Source: Felis catus (taxonomy: Eukaryota). From it: a stretch of DNA of 64,000 nucleotides. The stretch covers positions 230,456,001 through 230,520,000 of the forward strand of contig NC_058368.1 of NCBI RefSeq assembly GCF_018350175.1, written 5' to 3'. Each line of letters starts with the position of its first letter. Position 1 is the first letter of the stretch. The notes below the pieces were generated by a model, which made no database searches, was not told the origin of the DNA, and saw nothing but the letters and a program-made list of their open reading frames with translations. The position numbers and the translations under genes are program-made. Below, one piece after another: positions 25,276-38,154 of the stretch.

Positions 25276-27986
25276 ATCTTTTTAAGTGATTTCCTAGTCT
25301 AGATGGAGCAGGTGTCTAATTTTGTATGAGTTCCAAGCTCGCTCACAGCAATGAGAGAAAAGAGAGTTCAAAGAGAGAGAAGAAAACTAAATACATTTTC
25401 TTTTCTTTGGCAGTGGAGCCTCAACTTTGGGGTATCTTTCTCAGACAGAACGAGGGTAGAAGCTTTCCTTTTTGCTTCTGACCCTGGAGGCATTTTCTGA
25501 TACATGTAACCACTTAGAATGCCCGATCACATGTACCTTTCATGAAGAACATTTATAGGCAGGACAGTGGTAAGTCACTTTACCTTCCATGGCGCTTTCA
25601 GTAGACTCCCTAATGTTTTGTTAAATTAGCAGGAAAGAGAAATTTGTATTTAACACACAGTTACAATGATAAGATGAGCATGGGTCATTTAGGATTTTCA
25701 AGCAGTTTATCAATTTAATAATTTTCTGCAAAACTGCCCTTGCTATTAACTTAGCTATCGGAGTGTGCAAACACAGATGTGAAATTTTATTGTCATGTAT
25801 AAACTTCACATTGAGCACAACTAAGTATTTATAACTTGAATCTAATGAAAATGGGATTGAAAAGAAAGAAATGGTCACGTGACCCCAGAATGGGAACTCT
25901 CCTGTAAGCAAGCAAGTCTGATTAACTTAGCCTCACAGTCAGTGGAAGGAAAGGAATTGCTCTCTACAGTTAGCTGATGAACCTCCAAACACCAGGGTCT
26001 TATTAAAAGTCCTTTTACCTCCAGGGAGCCCTCTCACCATTTCTCTGTAGCTTTGCTAAATGTAACCCTATCTGGGTTGCTATGGAAACAGCTATATCTA
26101 TGCAAATTACTTTTTAAAAAATCATTAAGCTGCAGAAAGTCCGTCTGACATATGAAATTTGCAAGGACCCCAGCCCATAGCTTCTCTTGGCATTGTATCT
26201 CCACTCTAACTGTCCCCAAGTTTCTTTTGCTGTGCCTGTTGTAAACAAATACTCCCGAATCCTTGAGAAAGATCTCCAACAGTAAGAGTTGAACAGTGGT
26301 AAGGTGAGGGCAGTGGCCTGTAGTCAGAGTCTGGAGGGTTGTGGGCTGTGGAAGAATCGAGTTGCCTAGACACAGGTGAGGGAAGAGAAAGGGTGCAGGC
26401 AAATCTATTGAAATACCAACTGTCTCCCAGTCATCTCTGTCCTCCGGTGTGGCGCTGGCACACACACGTGTGGGCGTCCGTGTGCAGTGCAAGCGTGTGC
26501 ACACGTTGACACACGCTGGTGTGCTTACGCACCCACGTCACGCAAGTAGCCCCTGTGTTTGTCACACATTTACATCCCTCTCACAGCCTGGCCGCCGCTC
26601 CGCCGGGCACAGACCCGCGTTGGAAGGACTGCAGTCCCCAGCTTCCCTTGTGTATCTGTTTCCTACACGAGGCTTGGCTCGAACGTCCTTGGGGCTCCCG
26701 CAGGGCTTTGCAGTTCCCCCCCTGGTTGCCGCTCCTCCCTGAGCGTGGCGTGTAGCACTCTGCCTGCTGTCACAGTGTCACCTGCTGCTCCCTGGACAAA
26801 GTGGCCCCACAGGTATCTGCCCTGAGCCCCCAGGAGGCCAGAGCTAAGAGGCGGCGTGTGACCCAGACGTAGAAGCAAGGCCCCGCTGCCCTTGGCTTTC
26901 CAGTTTGTTTTGGAATCCCTCAACAGAGCTTCCCATGCTCCAGGCACTACAAAAACAGCCTCCTTCATCTTTCCCTCTGTGCCTTCCTAGTCCCTGGGCT
27001 GGGGACAATTTCAAGTGATGGCTCTCGTTCTGGTCCTCGAGTCCTCACTCGCCATCACTGAACTCTGCTCATGGTGCCTGGTCTCCACTCAAACCAGTTC
27101 TCTCCTAGGAGGCTTCCCCGCCCTGCCTGTCAGTAGCTGCCTGGCTCACCCCACCTGCCCAGGCCCGTCCCAGTCCCCAACCTGCACAGAGCTTGAGTTC
27201 TTCTCCAGATCCTCCCGGGCCCGCCTACTGACAGACTCTGCCCGCCCCAGGCCTCCAGGCTGCCTGGAGTGGTCAGTCCTGCCAGAACTCAGCCGTGAGC
27301 AAGAGGTATCAGCTCGGATTCGAGCCGGCAATCCTGCTGCATGTGGATCCTTTATGGCAGTGGCCAGTTCACACCGGTACACATCTCAGTACACATCGTG
27401 TGCACATCTCACTTTGGTTCCCCGAGGAGCCGACTCCCGTTTCCGTGTTTGCTCCAGAGAAGGGGGACCAAGAGGGTCTCGCTCAGCTGAGCTCTTGGGA
27501 CGGACAAGGGACCGGTTGGCGCCTCAGGAGTCAGCCCGCCTTCTTGCAGGCACCGCGGTGCAGACCCTACGATACAGAGGGCGCACAAGCATCGTTTCTG
27601 CTTTCAGTATGTGAAATTTGTAAGCGAGTTCTCAACCAATCACAGTTCTCTCTTTTTCTCTGAATGCTTTAACAATTAACCTAGAATTCCGCCTTCAAAG
27701 TAAATGTGTTCCATTTTGAGCCCATATTTCCTACTTCCTTTGCTCGTTACAGAATTGGTGTCCCAGGCTCAGCCTTCCTTGCATGAAGGTCAGTGTTGTA
27801 AGTTTTCTCCTCAAAGAGCAGTCATGATTCCCAGCAAGTGAGAAGCATGTCATTGCCATTATCTACACGTTGGGATGAGAAGGAAACATTAAAAGACTAA
27901 CGTCGTAGGTCCCAAACCAAAAGTTCTCCCTTGTACTTTGTTTAAACAGAATCAGGTTAGAGTAAAAATACGTTTTCTCGTGTATA

Positions 27987-27988
<2 letters not shown>

Positions 27989-28025
<37 letters not shown>
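27989..28025. repeat. (GT)n microsatellite
   Basis: Perfect GT run of about 18 units. Confidence 0.97.
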
Positions 28026-28027
<2 letters not shown>

Positions 28028-28615
28028 GTTAGATATTATCCAGGCTTAATTATTCTAGGAATAGTTTAAGCTTTTAATGAAAGGGTGTAAATTAGATGAA
28101 ATGTCCCTAGACCTCAAATTTACTTTTAGGAGTAAAGGTGAGAGTGTGGTTTTAAACAACCACGTCTCCTCTTACAAAAAAATCTCTTTTTGAAAAAATT
28201 GGAGGTATCATAGATTGTCAGTGTTATGTATGTAAATACATATGTTTAAAGGCATAATTTATATTTAAAATGGTAGCCTTATCTTAGGAAATATAGTGCA
28301 GTGCTCTGCTCTTCTCTCTAAAAATAAATATTTATGTGATTTATCTTGAAATGTTTATATCCAAAAAAATGTGGGCATGTGAAACTGAGAAAGTCTACTC
28401 AAGCCATGAAAAATTGCTTATTACCAAATATACCAGCTCCATAATTAATAAATTATTATAAAATGTATGCTGTCTTTATGAGAAAAATTATAAATAAGAC
28501 TTTTTGATCTATGAACTATTGTAGTTGTGTATTCTCAGAGACCAGTAAAGCATAGGTTTTTCCTTTTTAAAGAAATATGTCTTTCTAATAGATAAATTTA
28601 AATATAAGATCAACA

Positions 28616-28876
28616 GGGGTGCCTGGGTGGCTCAGTAGCTTAAGCGTCTGACTCTTGGTTTCAGCTCAGGTCATGATCTCACGGTTCATGAGATCGAGCC
28701 CCAAATCAGGCAGTATCAGTGCAGAACCTGCTTGGGATTCTCCATCTCCCTGTCTCTACTGCCTCTCTTCTGCTCACATGCGCATGCATGCACACACACT
28801 CTGTCTCTGTTTCTCAAAATAAACAAACTGTTAAAATAATAAATACATAAATACATAAATACATAAATACATAAAT
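28616..28876 (+). mobile_element. Can-SINE with a (TAAATACA)n tail
   Basis: ggggtgcctgggtggctcagtagcttaagcgt head; the tail contains about 4 TAAATACA units. Confidence 0.92.
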
Positions 28877-29734
28877 GATCTCCAATAGATTGTATTTATC
28901 ACCCTTGTACACCAGATTGATAATCATTATATTCTTTTCCAGGCGAAAGTTTTTAAATATGATTCCTCTGGGTATAATTAATTTTAATGGCAAAAGTTTA
29001 TATACTCTACATTTCCAATGTTACGTACGATTTTTAAAATGATAAAGTTCTACCAGGCTCTACTGACTTCTCTCATCTCAAATATTCTAGGCTTCCTCAT
29101 TTGCGCTTCCCTTCATTTGCTGGTGCCGTCTTTCGTTTTGAGGCGTATTCATCATACACCCACCTCCATGTTGATACGAGAGATTTTCCTTTCATGCCGT
29201 GTGACAGATATTCAGTTTCAACTCCTTCTATTACGAATATTAACCCATAAGCTCCTCAAGGGCAGGAACAGTGTCATAGTTATCTTCGTATCCATGATGC
29301 TCAACCCGGTATATAGATGGAGTTTGGTAAATTTTCCCTGGGAGACGTTGTTGGAAACTCTACTGCGGTTTCCCTCTTGTTTATTGAGCTGCATGTCTAG
29401 TTTCTAGGTCTCAAACATATTCAGACAGACAGCTAGCAACCACTGTTGTGTCCCCCCTTTCTGCTTCCAGAGAGAGGGGGTTACCACAGTGGCAGACTTG
29501 CCTCTTCACTGACTGTTCATCCGCCTCTCCTTTCCTAGTGAGAGCACATAGGAGATGTCCTGGGTGGCAGTATGTTAACGCTTCTGTAGAGAGTACCAGA
29601 CGCTCTTGCAAGGACAAGAGGGCAATGAAAGAGAGCTTTTCCATCTCAAACAGTACAAACCCGGCTTGGATTCTGGGCCAACTTACTGTCTCTTTCAACT
29701 CTGCCTTTTCAACTTTATTGCCTTCAACTCTACA

Positions 29735-30398
29735 GCCACCATCACACCGCCCCCTCACTGTCACCACCACCTCCACTGCTCTCTCCACCGCCATCTCTGC
29801 CTCCACCACCACCACCACCACCACCACCACCTCCACCTCAACCAACTCGACCACCACCTCCACCACCCCCACCACCACCTCCACTTCTGCCACCACCACC
29901 TTCACCAACTCCACCTCCACCACCTCCACCACCACCTCCACTTCTGCCACCACCACCACCTCCACCTCCACCAAATCAACTACCACCTCCACCACCTCCA
30001 CCACCACCACCTCCACTCCTACCACCACCACCACCTCCACCTCCACCACCCCCACCACCACCTCCACCTCCACCAACTCGACCACCACCTCCACCACTTC
30101 CACTACCACCACCTCCACTTCTGCCACCACCACCACCTCCACCAACTCGACCACCACCTCCACCACCTCCACCACCACCTTCACCAACTCCACCACCACC
30201 ACCACCGTCTCCAACACCATCCCTGTCTCCACCACCACTGTCTTCACCATCATCCTTATCTCCACCACCACCACTACTACCTCTACCACCACCCCCCTCC
30301 CCACCACCCCCCTCCCCACCACCCCCACCCCCACCATCTCCACCACCATCTCTATCACCACCTCCACCATCACCACCTCCACCTTCACCACCACCATA
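29735..30398. repeat. Imperfect (ACC/TCC)n trinucleotide low-complexity array, about 660 bp
   Basis: Near-continuous ACC/TCC/ACT triplets, almost no G on the + strand, recurring ACCAACTCGACCACCACCTCC and TCCACTTCTGCCACC blocks. Confidence 0.96.
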
Positions 30399-31043
30399 CC
30401 AGTGGCTACCAGGAATTGACGAGTTACCTTATATACATTTATCTGATAGAAATAACATATTTTTAATTAATTGGTGCATGTGTTCCTATCATAGAATTGA
30501 GGATACTTTTCATCTAATGATATGCTTTCGCATTACAAATCATAAGTCAGCAGAAGATATAATTGGCAATGCTGTCTAACTATTGCCATAAAGAACAGCT
30601 TAATGTCAAAGATCACAAAGGTTGTTTTGCAAGATCTGTTTTAGAATATTAATGGGTGATACAAGCATTTCTGTCTAATAATTAATTGTATGTCATTTAA
30701 TGAGGCCATATCGTAGATCTAATAGCTCTAAGCAAGAACCAAAGAAATGATGTCCCTCAAACTCTCACTTCAACTAAATATTTTTTTTACTCTCTAGGAG
30801 TTGATAGGTAAAAGCTGTCATTAATCATTTGCAGTGCATGTATTTTGTACATAAATTTGTACATATGTTTTGACTAATTTTCTATTAAAAAAGTTTGCAG
30901 TCTCAAATAAGTAGTGCCTTTAGGTTCTTGAGTAGACCAAGAATTTTTTTGTCTTTTTAAAAAAAATAACAGTATGAGTACTGCCTACACATAGTTTGTT
31001 AGATACAGAGTTGGTAGGAAACGGAAAATAAAATACCTTGAAC

Positions 31044-31265
31044 TTTTTTTAACTTATTTATTGTGAGAGAGAGAGCATGTGCACAGGGGATGAGCAGAGA
31101 GACTGTGAAGGAAGGGCAGAGAGAGAAGGAGAGAGAGAATCGCAAGCAGGCTCCATGGGCTATCAGCACAGAGCCAGATGAGGGGCTCACCATGAACCAA
31201 GAGACCATGATCTGAGCCAAAATCAAGAGTGGGATGCTCAACCAACTGAGCCACCCAGGCACCCC
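31044..31265 (-). mobile_element. Can-SINE
   Basis: Reverse-complement SINE ending gccacccaggcacccc. Confidence 0.92.
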
Positions 31266-31282
31266 CAGATGCCTTGAATTTT

Positions 31283-31515
31283 GTAAAATTTATTTGTCTA
31301 TTTTTTTTTACATTTATTTATTTTTGAGAGACAGAGAGGGACAGAGCACAAGTCGGGGAGTGGCAGAGAGAGAGAGGTAGACACAGAATCCAAAGCAGGC
31401 TCCAGGCTCTGAGCCATCAGCAAAGAGCCCGGCGCAGGGCTCTAACTCATGAACCGTGAGATCATGACCTGAGCTGAAGTCGGACGCTTAACTGACTGAG
31501 CCACCCAGGCGCCCC
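31283..31515 (-). mobile_element. Can-SINE
   Basis: Reverse-complement SINE; perfect TSD agatgccttgaatttt at 31267-31282 and 31517-31532. Confidence 0.93.
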
Positions 31516-33576
31516 TAGATGCCTTGAATTTTTCATTGAACATCAGTTTTCCTATCTAGACACTTAGAAACAAAAGCACAAGGATTTCCCTTGAGTCTTA
31601 GGAACAGAATATCTACAACTCACTTTCTACTTGGAACCCAAACTTTAAGTTATATAAGTTCTCACTGAAAAACAAAGTGTTTTGGGATTTGTTGAAGTTT
31701 GCTAAGAAATATAATACTGATCCATCTTTACAGGTGTTATCAACTCCATCTGCTTATAACATTCAGTCCAGGATTGCATACCTGGACCTCATTAGCTCAG
31801 ACCCCAGAAGAGAGGTTATATTTTAATGTTATTGTCCTTACTCTTATTAGTAAGAGTTTATGTAACAAATTTACTTAAAAACATGTCAGCAAATCCTACC
31901 ACCTTGGTCTTTAATTATGTCATTTGCCCTTGGTGGTGTCATTTGTTCTTAAATCTGTTGGTTATGGGGACAAACAGATGGCTGTTGAGTAGGACATGAA
32001 TCCCTACTGTGGAGTGGGAGCATTAATCTGACAGCAGTGACATGATGAATTGGAATAAGTAGCCTAGTTTGGGATAAACAGAGGTGGTGAGAACGGTTAG
32101 CTTATTGTGATATTTCAAGCTACAAATAATGCATCAGAATCATGACCACAGAGTCCAGTTAAGATTACACGAATCCTGAGTCCCCATTGTTGCAAGCTGA
32201 GGTAAGGAAACTGGGCTTTCCCAGTAGTGTGGTTGGAGAAGAGGGTGGAGATTACTAGATAGATCAGTAGGAACTCATTCCTCGAGTGAGTTTATCCTAC
32301 TCTTCAACCCTATCCGTGTTACTACCCTCAACCAACAAATGCAATATACTTACTGAAGTGGATGGATAGAACTTTATGCTCTCAGACTCCACCAACAGAG
32401 AATAGAGTTTGCCCTTGAAACTGTTTAAATGGTCATATCCATTGTCAACAACGTATATGTCTGTTGGCAACAGGTTTCAAAGCCTTTGTACACAATCTCT
32501 TTATAATTGTTGAAGCTTGCCCCTACCAAGAGACAAGATAAAGGTGGGAAATAGCAAAGACAAATGTCACCTGGATTTTAAAAGGAAAGGTGAGTCTTAG
32601 GAAACAAAAGAATTAAAAAATGCCATTAAAAGTGAACTGTAGGTGTCGGCAGATGAAGAGTCACAAAAGAATGAAGATTAGCAATAGGAAAAAGAAATAG
32701 TGATTGTGGGCATCAATACTGGTGCTGATAGCTTCTCAGTTCTTCAGGGTCTTCACAAGTTTGCAGCTTTTAGTAGCTTTATTTATGTGTTTATTCCCAT
32801 GCATGACCCAATTGGGAAATAAAATAACAAAAAAAAAATATGAACTGGCATTTCAGAAAACCACATGCAAGCAGCTAATACGCTCGTAAAAAGAAGTTTA
32901 ATTAAAAGGAATGCCGATGGGAAGGAGGCACCATGTTTGGCATTAAATCTCCAAAGATGAAAATGGTTGCTGGCATGCAGCGTTAGCGAGGGACCACCGA
33001 ACAGTCCTGTCGGTGGAAGTGTCATGAGTACGGTCTTTGCAGAGAACATTTTGACAATATGCCTCAGTATTAAAACGTGCAGACTCTTTACCCAGCAATT
33101 CAAGTTTTAGGAATATATCCCGAGAAACTATTTTAAAAAGACCTTCAGAGCAAACGAATTAATATAGGGAAAGCATTTAAAACACTCTCTGGCATCCAGT
33201 AAGAGCTAATGTCAGCAAAACAAATTAGAAACAATGCCTGTCAATGCACATTTGGATAAAAAGAGTCCATCAAATAGAACACTACCACACATTAAAAATT
33301 ACGGTGTGGCTAGATATTTGTTGATATCAAAATATACCCATGGCATGTGTTGAGGTGCAAAAAGCAAATTAAACAGCATGTGTGCTGTAGTTCTGTTTCT
33401 GTAGAGTAACACACATGGGTGTACGAGCAGCATAGAAAGGTGTACAAAAGTGTACTCTTTGGGTGGATTTCTTTTCTTCCTTTAAAAAAAATTTTGTCCT
33501 TTTTAAATAGATTGAAGATTTTAAGGTTATTGTGTTAATTTTATAATCAAGAAAATAATGCTCTTAGTATCTTAGA

Positions 33577-33790
33577 TTTTTTTAAAGTTTATTTATTTGT
33601 TTTAAGAGAGAGAGAGATTGAGAGAGCACAAGCAAGGAAGGGACAGAGGGAAGGAGAGACAGAATCCCAAGTAGGCTCCTCTCCTTCCGTTCAGAGCCCA
33701 ATACGGGGCTCAGACCCATGAACCATGAGATCATGGCCTGAGCAGAGATCAAGAGTTGGACGCTGAGCCGACTGAGCCACCCAGGTGCCC
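33577..33790 (-). mobile_element. Can-SINE
   Basis: Reverse-complement SINE; TSD-like agtatctta on both sides. Confidence 0.92.
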
Positions 33791-33967
33791 AGTATCTTAT
33801 TAAAAAATGTTTAAGTATATGCCAGAACATGCACTTTTGGGGAACTTAAAATTTTATTTAAAAAAGTAACTGTAATATAAAAGGGGGTTTATCTTATATT
33901 CTGTATCCATACAGAGAAATTGTTCATGTCAAAAAATGGACGCATTGTAAAATTTGGTTGGAAATAG

Positions 33968-34167
33968 AGGCGCCTGAGTGGCTCAGTCAGTTAAGCGTCC
34001 AACTCTTGGTTTCGGCTCGGGTCATGGCTCACGGTTTGTGAGATCGAGCCCCGCGGTGACAGTGCGGAGCCTGCTTCAGATTCTCTCTCTTCTTCTCTCT
34101 CTGTACCTGCCCTGCTCACACTCTCTATCTCTCCCTCTCAAAATCAATAAAAATTTTTTTTAAAAAA
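33968..34167 (+). mobile_element. Can-SINE
   Basis: ggcgcctgagtggctcagtcagttaagcgt head; TSD-like ttggttggaaata / ttggtttgaaata. Confidence 0.92.
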
Positions 34168-34894
34168 GTTGGTTTGAAATAAAACAGAAATTCCACACGT
34201 TTGCATAATGACTCAGTAAGAGTCGCCTTCAATTCTCAGGAAACAATGTAGTTTTTATACTCACCTAAGGGTTAGTCAACAGATAAATGCATTACATGTG
34301 TTCCACATATTCAACAATATCTCTAAAAGTCATTTTATCAATTTTGTAATTTTACCTGAAGGAGCAATGCCGAATGTCACATGGCATTTAAATAAGCAAG
34401 ATTGTCGCTTTTCCTAAATTGTTTTCTGAAAATCCTATTACGCTTTACATTGCAGTCATAATAGGGGCTCTGCCATTATGCAAGCTTCGCCACGCTCTGC
34501 TTATGTTGCTACTGCTTTGATTCGGGAAATACCTAGAATAAGTGATTTTATCCCCTCCTGTCATTTGTTCTGCTTACAGTCACTGAATACATGCTGTCAT
34601 GATCAGCTGGCCAGCTTGTTTTCATTTGTCCTCAATCAACCCATTGGTGGGCCTAAAACAGATGCCTTTAAATGAGAAAGGCTGTGAGGCATTTCAGGAA
34701 CGTGCGTCAGAAAAGGAGAACTTGACCTTTCAGATCACCTGTGATATAAAAAAATAATAATAATAAATATACTTCAACTAACAGGAAAGTGTCCGCTCGT
34801 AGACTCAATAGGAGCAATGTTTCCCCAAGGTTAACAGTGTGTGTGGCTAAATCTTTTATGGCACTCTTCTCCTTTGTGACAACCAGCCTTCACC

Positions 34895-35365
34895 ACCAGA
34901 CTTCAAATGTAGGTATGCTTAGGATCATTACCTCGAACTCTGTTTCTGTGACCACATCCCATCTGGCAGCTCCAAACACCATCCAGATGCAGAGGGCTTT
35001 AAATTCCTATCTCCCCACGGTGCTCCAGATGCTGGCATCCAGCTGCCTCCGGATATCGCCCCTGGTTGTCTAACTGGCATCTCAAAGTCAACGCATCCCA
35101 AACAGCAATCCCCAAGTTCTCTCCCGACCTCTTGTTCCTCCAGGCCTCCTCGCCTCTGTGGCTCAACTTCTCATTTCCCCCCAACCCCTCCATCCAGCCC
35201 ACCAGCCGGGCCAGACGTTCTATGTCACGCATGACGACTTCCATCGCTGTGGACCTGATCGTCTCTCCCCTGGAATTCTCAAGTGGCCTCTTCACCGGTC
35301 AGCTCACTTCTTCCCTCATTTCAGCCTGTTCTCTGCCAAAAAGCCCCCGGAATGGTGTCTTTAAA
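34895..35365 (+). mobile_element. L2 fragment
   Basis: atccagctgcctccggatatc...ggttgtctaactggcatctcaaagtcaac is typical of the L2 body. Confidence 0.6.
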
Positions 35366-36111
35366 GACCAGTTGCCCTTTTTGGGGTGACGGAAATATTT
35401 TGGAGCTAAAGGAGATGATTGCGCATTCTAGCGAATGTACTCATTGCCACTGATTTGTACACTTTAAAACGCTTTATCGCATGTTATTAGAAAAAGATTT
35501 CCTTAAAGCTACCCTTGCAGCTGGGTGACTAGTTGGGAATGCGTCTTATATTTGGCTTTCAGTGCTGTGGATGCCCCAGGAAGGAATGAAACATAATAAA
35601 ACATATTATGACAGTTACGTGCTCACTGTTACCCCACTGCACTTACGGGTAAAACAGAAATGTCTGACTATGGCGTCCGAGGCCCTTTTTAGTCTGTGTT
35701 CCCTGCTTACCCACTTTAATCAAGGATCTGGCCAGACACGTAAGGCACCGTCAACTAGGATTCTGGAGAGAATTTAGTGAAGGGCCTTTTTTCCAAGGTA
35801 TGGGCAGAGTAAAGGGACTGATCCAGGGGCGGTCAGGTGGCTACTGACTGTCGCCCGTGGAAGCAGTGAGAGAAAACAGTATTCCAGAGATCAGGAGCTG
35901 TGGGGATGGGCTGGTCTAGCCACAAAGTGTCTTGGCCCTGTGGGCAGAGCTGAGGACGGGGAGCGTGTGTAGCAGAAAGAGCTCAGCACTCTCTCCTCAT
36001 GCTCTCTCACCAGTTCTGCCATTGCCTGAACCCAGCTGCCCGCGGGAGGGCCTGGGTGCCTGGGAGATTCAGCCCAAGGGCACGGTTGGGTTTTGGGGGT
36101 TTTGTTTTATC

Positions 36112-36310
36112 TTTTAATGTTTATTTATTTTAGAGAGAGACAATGCATGAGCAGGGGAGGGGCAGAGAGAGAGGGAGATGCAGATCCGAAGCAGGCTGCA
36201 GGCTCTGAGCTGTCAGCACAGAGCCTGACACGGGGCTTGAACTGACAAACTGTGAGATCATGACCTGAGCCGAAGTCGGACGCTTCACCGACTGAGCCAC
36301 CCAGAAGCCC
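36112..36310 (-). mobile_element. Can-SINE
   Basis: Reverse-complement SINE body and head (ccgaagtcggacgcttcaccgactgagccaccca). Confidence 0.92.
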
Positions 36311-37139
36311 GATGTTTTGTTTTGTTTTGTTTAAGAGCAATGTGAGTTGGTAGGAACCTGGAAGAATCAAATGCCTTGAATTCATAATTGAACATCAGTT
36401 TTCTTAAGACAGTAACACAACAGCACAAGGGGTTCCCTTGAGTCTAAAGCATAGAGTATCTACAACCCACCCTCGAAGTCTTAACTTCAACCTTGCTGAA
36501 AATCCAGCTAAACACAGAGGGAGCACGTGGATGGCTCATTCCACCGCCCCACACACTATCTGGCCATGCAGACCCTCTTTGTATTCCCTGAGTAGAATGT
36601 TCTCTCTGCCTGACTTGACTTTTACGAGAGCTTTTGTCATCCTGGTCTCAGCAGCCCCATGAAACGCCTTGAGGCCTGAAATCCCTGCTGCCCCATTTCC
36701 CTCACTGTCTCCCAGCTCTGCAGGGGAGCCACACCCACATTGCCCAGTGTTTGTGGAACTGAATTTCGGGGGTGGCTTACTCACTCGAAGGCTTGAAGTT
36801 GTTCTGCTAGACAAAGAATGTTCTGTTGACCGAGTGGATGAATAATCAAATAAATGAACAAATAAAAGGATTGAGTGAAGCAGTCGGGTCTTGATGACAT
36901 GAAAGTACAAAGATCTCAAATGTGGAAGCTCACTAATCACTTTCCTTTTGTCAGAACAGGTAGTTTTTCTGTGTTCTTCAGAAAGAAGCCACAGCGGAAG
37001 CTGACAGTGATGAACTCAGTTAAATTCTCCATAGCTTAGATGTAATAACTTCCACTGGCTTGCTAGTCTTCCAAAAAAAACAAAAAAAAACAAAAACAAA
37101 AAAAAAAACAAAGCTGGTGGCAGGACCCACTGAGACCAC

Positions 37140-37345
37140 TTTTAAAAAAATTTTTTTTTAAAGTTTATTTATTTATTTTGAGAGAGAGCACAGGGGAGGG
37201 GCAGAGAGAGAGAGAGAATCCCAAGCAGGCTCCGCACTGTCAGCACAGAGCCCAAGGCAGGGGTCGAACTCAAGAACCGTGAGATCGTGGCCTGAGCCGA
37301 AACCAACAGTCGGATTCTTAACCGATTGAGCCACCCAAGCGCCCC
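37140..37345 (-). mobile_element. Can-SINE
   Basis: Reverse-complement SINE; TSD-like cactgagaccactt / cactaagatcactt. Confidence 0.92.
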
Positions 37346-38154
37346 TCACTAAGATCACTTCTATCAGAATCTCCAGAGATGGAGCCTGCACATAAGCATT
37401 TTTCTCAATTTCCCCATGGTGGATAGAAAAACTGCCATTTTGGTAGTTAGACTATGATTGTCCTAATGTCGTTCCCTTTGGATTGTTGAGAAATGTATTT
37501 TTTTATTCAAATAAATTTTGAACAGGCATCTACACAACTGATCTCATGGACATAAGACTGTCTTCATATCTGCAAGCTTTTGCTTTTTCTGGATACCTGG
37601 ATGCCTCACTCCCACTCCTTGGCTAATTGTTCTTATCCCTCAAGGGCCAACCAAAGACCCTCTTCTCTCCCAGATAGCCTTCTGTGATCTCTCCTTTGGT
37701 GATCTTTTATTCCCTGAATTCTCATGGCACAGCATCTCTGATAGTTGGTGGATTTTATCATCTACAGCCCAATCATTTTCTCTCCCCAGGTAAACCCTGC
37801 CTCATTCACAGTATGTTGCCCAGGGTGCTTATCAGTCCTTTGTTTTCTGGGGCATTCGTAAAATATCTGCTGAAAAATTAAAAGCATAGAAATGGCACAA
37901 GGAAATGGAAGTTTCCCCAAATCTCTGATTTGGGTAGTAGATTAGCTTGGAGAATATGAGGGGGAAGAAAGTATGTTTGGAGAAAAATACACAGCAACAA
38001 AGTTCAAATTTGGAGTCATAGAAATGAAACTCAGAAATACAAATTTGAGGATGATCAGAGATAATAGTTGAGTCTTAATGTTCTTATCCACTGTCGTCAT
38101 TTTTTCCGTAAAAAATAACCTCTGAATGGAGTGTCTCTAAAAAGCAAGATAATT

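Noticed and set aside
27015..27614. 199-aa ORF in the GC-rich region
   Set aside because: No recognisable domain. Long ORFs are expected at high GC and several overlapping ORFs occur on both strands.
29411..30466. Long ORFs (323, 328 and 286 aa) suggesting a mucin-like or His-rich nested gene
   Set aside because: ACC/TCC repeats and their complement cannot form stop codons, so overlapping frames on both strands are open trivially. No signal peptide, promoter or splice evidence is visible.
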